Shown: positions 57,380 through 64,000 of the stretch, piece after piece | Numbering within the stretch: position 1 is the first letter of the stretch | Layout of the letters: each line of letters starts with the position of its first letter | From: the human T2T-CHM13v2.0 reference genome, Homo sapiens | NCBI RefSeq assembly: GCF_009914755.1 | Contig: NC_060925.1 | Strand: one strand, 5' to 3' | DNA: 64,000 bases | Notes under the pieces: generated by a model | Database searches by the model: none | What the model saw: the letters and a program-made list of their open reading frames with translations, nothing else | What the model was told of the DNA's origin: nothing | Translations under genes and position numbers: made by a program

Positions 57380-57645
57380 GCTTGAACTGTGTCTTTAACA
57401 CAAAGGAGTCATGAACTATGTAGGGAAGGAAGTGAAATTTGAACTGCATCCTGAAAGATGACAGTGTTTTTGCCAGAGACTTTAGAAATGAACATAACCA
57501 GACCAAGGGGCTAGTGCAACCTATATTCCTTACAAGACAGAGAACAGGCCAAGGCATGGCAAGAGAGAAGGATGAGAAAGTAGAATGGGCTGGAATTTGA
57601 AGAGCCTTGATGCTAGGGAATTTGGACTTCATTATCTAGGCAAGA
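57380..57645 (-). mobile_element. L2 fragment
   Basis: tttgaactgcatcctgaaagatga; ctagggaatttggacttcattatctaggcaa. Confidence 0.55.
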
Positions 57646-58267
57646 ATAGGAGTGGGAAGGAGAGGCATCTAGTAACAGCTTTAACACGTGAAAGCTAGAT
57701 ATCAAAGAGCTCCCTGATATTCTTGTTGAGTGGAGGTTTTGAATCTATGGTTCAAAGGCTACTTGATGTCTCCTTGGTCTCTGGGTGGTCTGTGGACTCC
57801 CCTCTTATAATATTGATTGGGACAGGACTCTACCTTCATGGCTGTCATGTGAACTAATGATTGACAATGGCCCTTATCAAAATCAGTTCCATTTTCCTCA
57901 TTCCTTGTAATAAAGTTTACCCTCTCTACATCTGTTCCCACCGCCTGCCCCAGCAGTAGTGGGAGGTGATTCCTGAGTGTTGTTATATTGGAGTGGCCCC
58001 AAGAAGTTCTAGAACTACTGCTCCAGAAGACCTCAGCCATGGAGATAATGTCACACCTGATTGTCTTGAATGGCTTTATCCAGGTTAGCCAGTCTTCTGA
58101 GCCCTAGGTCAAACCTCCCAGCCACCTCCCAGCTGGGATGATTACAAATGGACTCACCCTTAGTCTAGTAAGTTGCCTGGCAAGCGTGGTCATCTCTGAT
58201 GACTTTGGAGACTGTCCAGTTTTCATGTCCACTAATTAGGCAGTTATTCACGCTTCATTTCACTTAC

Positions 58268-58422
58268 TCAAAGGGCTCCCTTCCGATCGGAACACTTGTG
58301 AAGTTCTTCTGTGACTTCACGATGTTCCAGATGAAGTACGTCTTCTTCCCTTTTGGAATCAAATGCCCCTCTAGGATTGAGTCTCTTTTACCCAAACCAC
58401 TTTTGAATCTTGTCAACTTTGT
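58268..58422 (-). other. Candidate 155-nt internal exon (probably lncRNA)
   Basis: Minus-strand acceptor ctaaatgtttcttacag| and donor ga|gtaagt; four CpGs; one open frame. Confidence 0.4.
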
Positions 58423-59796
58423 CTGTAAGAAACATTTAGACTTATCTTACTCTTATCAGTACAGAGGTCTTACTTCTTTGGCAAGCATATATAAAACTGT
58501 AGGGGAGAGCAGCCCAATCCATCTGTTTTATGTGCCCTCCCTACTTCACCTGCTTCTCCCCTAACCCTTGACCACCCCAGCTTGAGGACTAGAAAGTGAG
58601 GGGAGTGGAGAGTGATTCACAAGGTGCAAGGTTAGTGGATCCCACAGGAGAACAGCATATAGTTTCATGAGCCTTGTGAGGAATTAGAAAGAAACAATTA
58701 GTCTGAAGAAACATTCATCATTTTTATAACTTGTATCCTGTTTTTCCAGGGTTAATCCAGGCACATCAGTTTTTCTATTCCCATTATGTTCCAAGTTTTT
58801 AAAACATGAGACCCTTTTTTTTCAAAGGAAATTTTCAATGATTGCTCTATTAAACAGACAAAAGTGGGGCTGTGGTTGTTGAAGGAGGTGGTGGAGCCTG
58901 GGTATCATTCCTCCTAGCGCCCCTTTCCCTCATCCTTTAATACCCCCGCCCCCCATCAAAGGTAGGGCTCTGGGGAAATGAGGGTGGAAACTTCTGTTCT
59001 ACCCAACCCATTGATTCTGACATTCACTCTGGGAGGTGCAGCTTGTATAAAAAATGATGTAAAGGAACATTTTAAGAATGACCTATTTTGTCTTAATGGT
59101 GAATAACTCTAGATTTCCCTGGAAATGGTGTGACTTCTTTAGGATAGTAGAAAGAACACCAAAACACAAAGGTTCTCAGAAACATCCTTCTCGAGAATAT
59201 TCCTTGTCTTTTTCACTCCCAAAATTACTCTCGTAATGTATTGCATATGCAATACTCTTCCCACCAAATAGGGAAAATGATTCTCTTTCTCAGCTCCAAT
59301 TTTTGCTCTATTTTCAATGGTGGGGGTGGGAGTGGACACCAAATCACACAAAATATCTATCTCACAACCATATACAAGTAAAAGCCAACGTATCACCATT
59401 TTTAGCTGAATTCTAACCTTTTTGGGGAACTGGGAATATAAAATTTTGAAGTCACCCATATATTTAAAACTCAGAAGAGAAAACAAAGAACTTTACAGAA
59501 AGAAATTCAATAATAAAAATATACTTTACACAGTTATAATCAGTTCAGTTGGTGAAACACAGTTGAGGAGAAAAGAAAGGAAGGAAGGGAGTGAAGGGAA
59601 GGGAAGGCAGAGGGAACCTGAGATGTGGAGTGGCGGGAGCTTGGGAGATAGAGTGGCTGGCTGTTCCCGCACCACCGCACCCTTGGTTGTGTCCCTCATT
59701 TGTGGGCGATCCTCGCCTGGTGCTCAGCATCACTCCAGTCCTGCCTTCGTGTGACCTGTGGAGCTGCTAGCGGCAACCCTCGCCATCTCAACTCAC

Positions 59797-59928
59797 CTGA
59801 GGCGTTCCTTGACACCTTGGCTTCTTGGGAGGAGCCTTGTCAAAAAATGTCTACATCTTCTCTAGAGTGCCTTCTCCAGATCTGTTCTTTGCATTCAAGG
59901 GAAGTCCTTGTGCTGTGGTGCTTTTGGT
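59797..59928 (-). other. Candidate 132-nt non-coding exon
   Basis: Consensus donor cag|gtgagt; first AG after a minus-strand pyrimidine tract; stops in all three frames. Confidence 0.35.
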
Positions 59929-62824
59929 CTTTTTGAAAAATGTTTTTCATGAATCAAAGGGAAAAGTAAAAATGAGAAATATTTGGTTCTTTTCTGGGGC
60001 TTTAATTTTTTTCCAAAAATTTTTTGAGTACTTTTTTTTCCTTTCTTTCTTTTTTTTTTTTTTTTCCCTTAAGAGCTCAGCTCTTGATGGAGAAGTGATT
60101 TTTCTAGGACAGTTTCCTAAACTTTAGTCATCTACATACCTCTTTCATGATCTTTGTTCTATCTGCATACCATCTGGTTTTTTTTCTCAATATTTTCTTT
60201 CTATCAATTTAAAATGGAATAATTTAGCCTTATTCTTGGATAAATTCTTATTATTTGATAAAACTGGTGAAATCACAAGTGTGTTATATTTTTTAAAAAA
60301 CAGATAAATACTGGGGTATGGGCAACTAAAATGATCTTGCCAGTGACAAATCTTCACCATTTGGGAAATATCATTCGAGGAAATGGCCTGCTACTGGCTT
60401 ATGACTTTGAATACAAACCTAGGGGCTGATACAATTGTCCACTATGCATCAAAGAGGAAAGAAATGGGAAAGCTGAGGGACTAGGAAAGAAGCTATAGAA
60501 CCCAGCATAATATTTATTAAGACCTTGGAATTCTTTTCAAGATAAATTACATTTATATGCACTTATTATATGTATGTATTAAATTTACATCCCAGTTAAG
60601 TGTGATGAAGTTATTCTAAGTCCATTGCCCAAAAGATGATTATCCACAAGGGCACGATGTGGTTTTGTCATTGGTTTCAGCAAGTCATTGTAAGGAGCAT
60701 TTTCCTGAAGGTGGTGTGGTGGTCTTCTCATTGCTATGTATTTGTTCTTCCTAAAATAAGAAAGATTTCTGCGATTTAAAAAAATCACACTACTTAATAA
60801 TACTCTCGATTAACTGAGTACCTTTGTAGTTTCTCAGGAAAAATATAAAATTGGGTTGTATTATTACTTTATGTTTTTCTCTTTGGTACGGAGTTTCCTT
60901 TTCAGATTCCAGGGTAAATAGAACAAAGGATCAGTTTTTATAATTTATTTTTTTTTTCAAGAGCATCTTCTGGTATCTCATTATTTGGAGATAGCTGTGA
61001 AAAGAAAGATCGGGAAAATAGAAAGGCACAGTTCATTGTGTAATTCACAGTCATAGTAATTTTTTTATTTATATGTCTTTTTGGATGCTTTTTTGCTGGG
61101 AAAGACAGAATGGAATAATTTTCTCTTTTTCCTCTCTTTTGCAAAACCCATTGATGCAACACAATGCATGTTACATAATAATCACAGATATCATGACTTT
61201 GGGGAAGCAGGGTTTCAAGTAAACATGCTGTACGCTGTACAAAGTATTTTATGAAAATTTCACTTTTTGTGTTTGAGGATAATAAAAGGATTCCTTTGCG
61301 TCTTAGAAAAGAAATCCTAAAAACAAATGAACAAATGGACTCGGTCCACGGACACCTAGCCAAGACTGTCTCTGAGAAGAATGACATGCCTTCAGCATGA
61401 AGTAGCTACAAGAAAAGGACATGTAATTAAGGAGGAAAAAAAAATCAGAAACTGGAGCCATTAAAGAGACTGTGATATGAGGAAAACATTGTACAGGAGA
61501 TGTGACCGAAGATTTCAGATCTGAGAACTGAAAGGGAATGAAACTAGTTAAAATTCCACTGCTCATTCGCTCCACGGGAGAAATAACATTCCTGTGCGAT
61601 GCCACTTGCCACTTCATTTTTAGAAACAATTAAAAGATGCAAATATTTATGAATCACTGTGTATGTTGTAATCCTATTTTGAAAACAAACATTGCCTTGT
61701 ACTTTAGGTTCTCAATGCTGGTTGCTGTTGGGATTCAGGGGTTAAAGCAAGCACTTCAAAATGAGCTCACTACTGCTACCCAGACAAAGGGATGCAACTC
61801 TGAGAGTGTGTTCTGTTTGCCTGCAAGCTGTTGCCTATGCCAAATGAGCATTTTAAAAACCATTCAAATTAAGTTGAAAATTTGTAATTATATTTTCCCT
61901 TTTAATTGTAACTTATGCAAATGTTATATTCCAGCTGTACAAATAATTTTCATTTCAGACTACAACATTCACATTAAATCTAGCATGTAACACCCTGATA
62001 CAAGATTTTTCCCAAGCTGTAGTTGCAGATTTAGAGGGCTAGAGTTGGCTCTGTTAGTGATGGCTTCCATTGTTGTTACCCTGCAGTTAAGTATAGATTG
62101 CAAAGTGGCAATAGAGAAGGGAGACACCTTTGCCACAATTTGCTGGACACAATTTATGAATAGAACACATAGAAAGAGAATGAGAAAGCAAACACATACA
62201 CAAAAAGATCAACAGCTAAGAAACTTGGATGTTTGGTAAAGTGAATATTGTGTCCTTGCTGTAATTGATGAATTCGGCTTGCAGTGCATTAGTTACAGGA
62301 AGGGAATACATGTGACTCATTTGTTAATTGTCAGCCACTTAGTGCAAACAGAAATTGAGTATTTTCCATTTTCAATGAAAATTTTACTTTGGGAATTTTA
62401 TGTACAAAACCAATAAAATTTTTAACCAAGAGTGAAAGAAGCACAGATTGTTTTAAATACATGCACACACACAGTATTTAAGGGATCACACATATCTGAG
62501 AAATAAAACAAAAAAGAAAAACCCTATAGAAATGCAGCATATTGTTCTGATTCCTGAAGAGTTTTCTTTACATAAATTTGGGAAGATTTTCATATTCTTG
62601 GTAGGCAAACACAAGGAACCTTGATTTACTTCAATCTAGTTCACTGCTGATCAGCTTTTTGTATTTAACAGCGTTCTAGAAGCAATGGAAGAGACAAAAA
62701 AAGAAAATTTAAGACACACCCTCAAGTAATTCACAAGCTTGTTGATAAACAAGGCAAACTTATGGAATAAGATGGACTGTAATAAAATGACATGTGTGTG
62801 TTTATACACCTAACAGAGAGTTCA

Positions 62825-62960
62825 ACAATTCATTACTCAGTTGGGCAAACTGAGACTTAGTGTGGCTTAGTGATTTGTTTAAGGTCACACATCTAATAGT
62901 GATAACAACATTTTGGAAACCTAGGAGGTCTAGTTTCTGTCCTTTGTTTTTTCCATCATT
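62825..62960 (-). mobile_element. MIR
   Basis: aaactgagacttag..ttagtgatttgtttaaggtcacacatctaatagt. Confidence 0.7.
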
Positions 62961-63559
62961 AAGGCATTTGTCAGTTGAAAGCTGCACAACTAGAAATTAC
63001 ATTTGCCAAACATGGTTTCTTCCTATATTTGCCTGTGGAATGACTTTTGACTTAGAAATCATGTAGGTTTTTAACACTTGCCCAGGCCCTAGATAGAGAT
63101 TGGAAGGGTTTGTTGATCTCTAATTAGCTCTGATTAGTCAAAATTGATCTTTAAACTATAGAAAATCCAAAACAAAGATCCCATAGCCCTAAAAAGTGTG
63201 CTATAAATCTGTATGCTTCAGGTTAAAGAGCAAATGATTAAATCCAGATTGATTCTTGTAGCAAAAGGGCAGTGCAAGAAACTGCTGGAAAATAATGGCT
63301 GGGGACAAAAGGCTCTGGTGGTGTATGAGTCATCAGCCTGGGACTGCTCATGGCCCGGTCTTTGTTCATTACTGCTGTTAGCACACATTCTGTTATACAA
63401 GTAACTATGACAATGCCATATTCCCTTTACTTGTGAAAAAATTTTGGGACCCACATATGGCAAGAAAAGATTGATGATCTAGGGTTGGTGTATTGCTCTC
63501 TGTGCAATAATTTCCTAGAGATGAATATGGGAATGCACATTTCTCTGTACACTGATTGA

Positions 63560-63712
63560 TTTATTCACTAGTTCATGTATTTATTGACTCATTAATCATG
63601 GATTTTTGGGGTCACTTACTATGTACCAGGCAATATTATGTTTAACACTGGGAACACACATAGACAAAAGCAAAATTAAATCACGTATTTAATGAATGTT
63701 TATTGTCTACAT
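63560..63712 (-). mobile_element. L2 3'-end fragment
   Basis: cacttactatgtaccaggca..cactgggaacacaca. Confidence 0.6.
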
Positions 63713-63924
63713 GTAACTTATGGTTTAATGGAACCAGAAATTCTTGACTTCTGGTCTCAGCCCTCATCCAAAGAGTGTGCTGCCCATAAGTCCAAAGCCA
63801 GATTAGTTGTCCTATATGTCGTGGCATCTCTCATTTAGCCAAACTGAGTGTACACTCATAGATGCAGACTCTCCTGCATATCTTACCAGGAGGGCAACCC
63901 TGTATCACTGAAGAGATATGTTAT

Positions 63925-64000
63925 CTTCCACAGTAAAATTGTGGTTAAAAGCATGGAAGTCAGAGTTAGACATGCAGGAGTCATATCCTGGCTCCGCTGC
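63925..64000 (+). mobile_element. MIR 5' part (runs off the window)
   Basis: gtggttaaaagcatgga..gtcaga..tcatatcctggctccgc. Confidence 0.6.

Noticed and set aside
58268-58422. Protein-coding interpretation (TKLTRFKSGLGKRDSILEGHLIPKGKKTYFIWNIVKSQKNF...)
   Set aside because: No recognised homology; one open frame in 155 nt is common by chance; neighbouring candidate exon is closed in all frames

Overview
Primate genomic DNA, almost certainly hominoid and human-like: it carries Alu J/S, L1PA, MaLR/ERVL LTRs, MIR, L2, CR1 and hAT/mariner MITEs. It is AT-rich and gene-poor, and I recognise no protein-coding host gene; most ORF-track entries are LINE/Alu fragments or chance ORFs. Main elements: (1) a full-length 6,030-bp L1PA3/L1PA2-type LINE-1 on the minus strand (32236-38265, 11-bp TSD) with dead ORF1/ORF2, an intact antisense ORF0 and the 5'UTR deletion that removes the ZNF93 site; (2) a 4.2-kb L1MA3-type relic; (3) six Alus, four nested in older elements. 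The non-repeat parts contain several homeobox/POU/SOX/PAX6-motif-dense, CpG-retaining blocks that resemble a developmental-gene regulatory desert. They also contain a candidate plus-strand terminal exon (~21745) and a set of minus-strand splice-signal-bounded segments (59.9, 58.3 and 51.2 kb) that may form a spliced non-coding transcript, one exon of which overlaps a pre-miRNA-sized hairpin. I found nothing I can call a proven new biological system; the leads below are hypotheses. Repeat subfamily names come from recalled consensus motifs, not a database search, and boundaries of old repeats are approximate.
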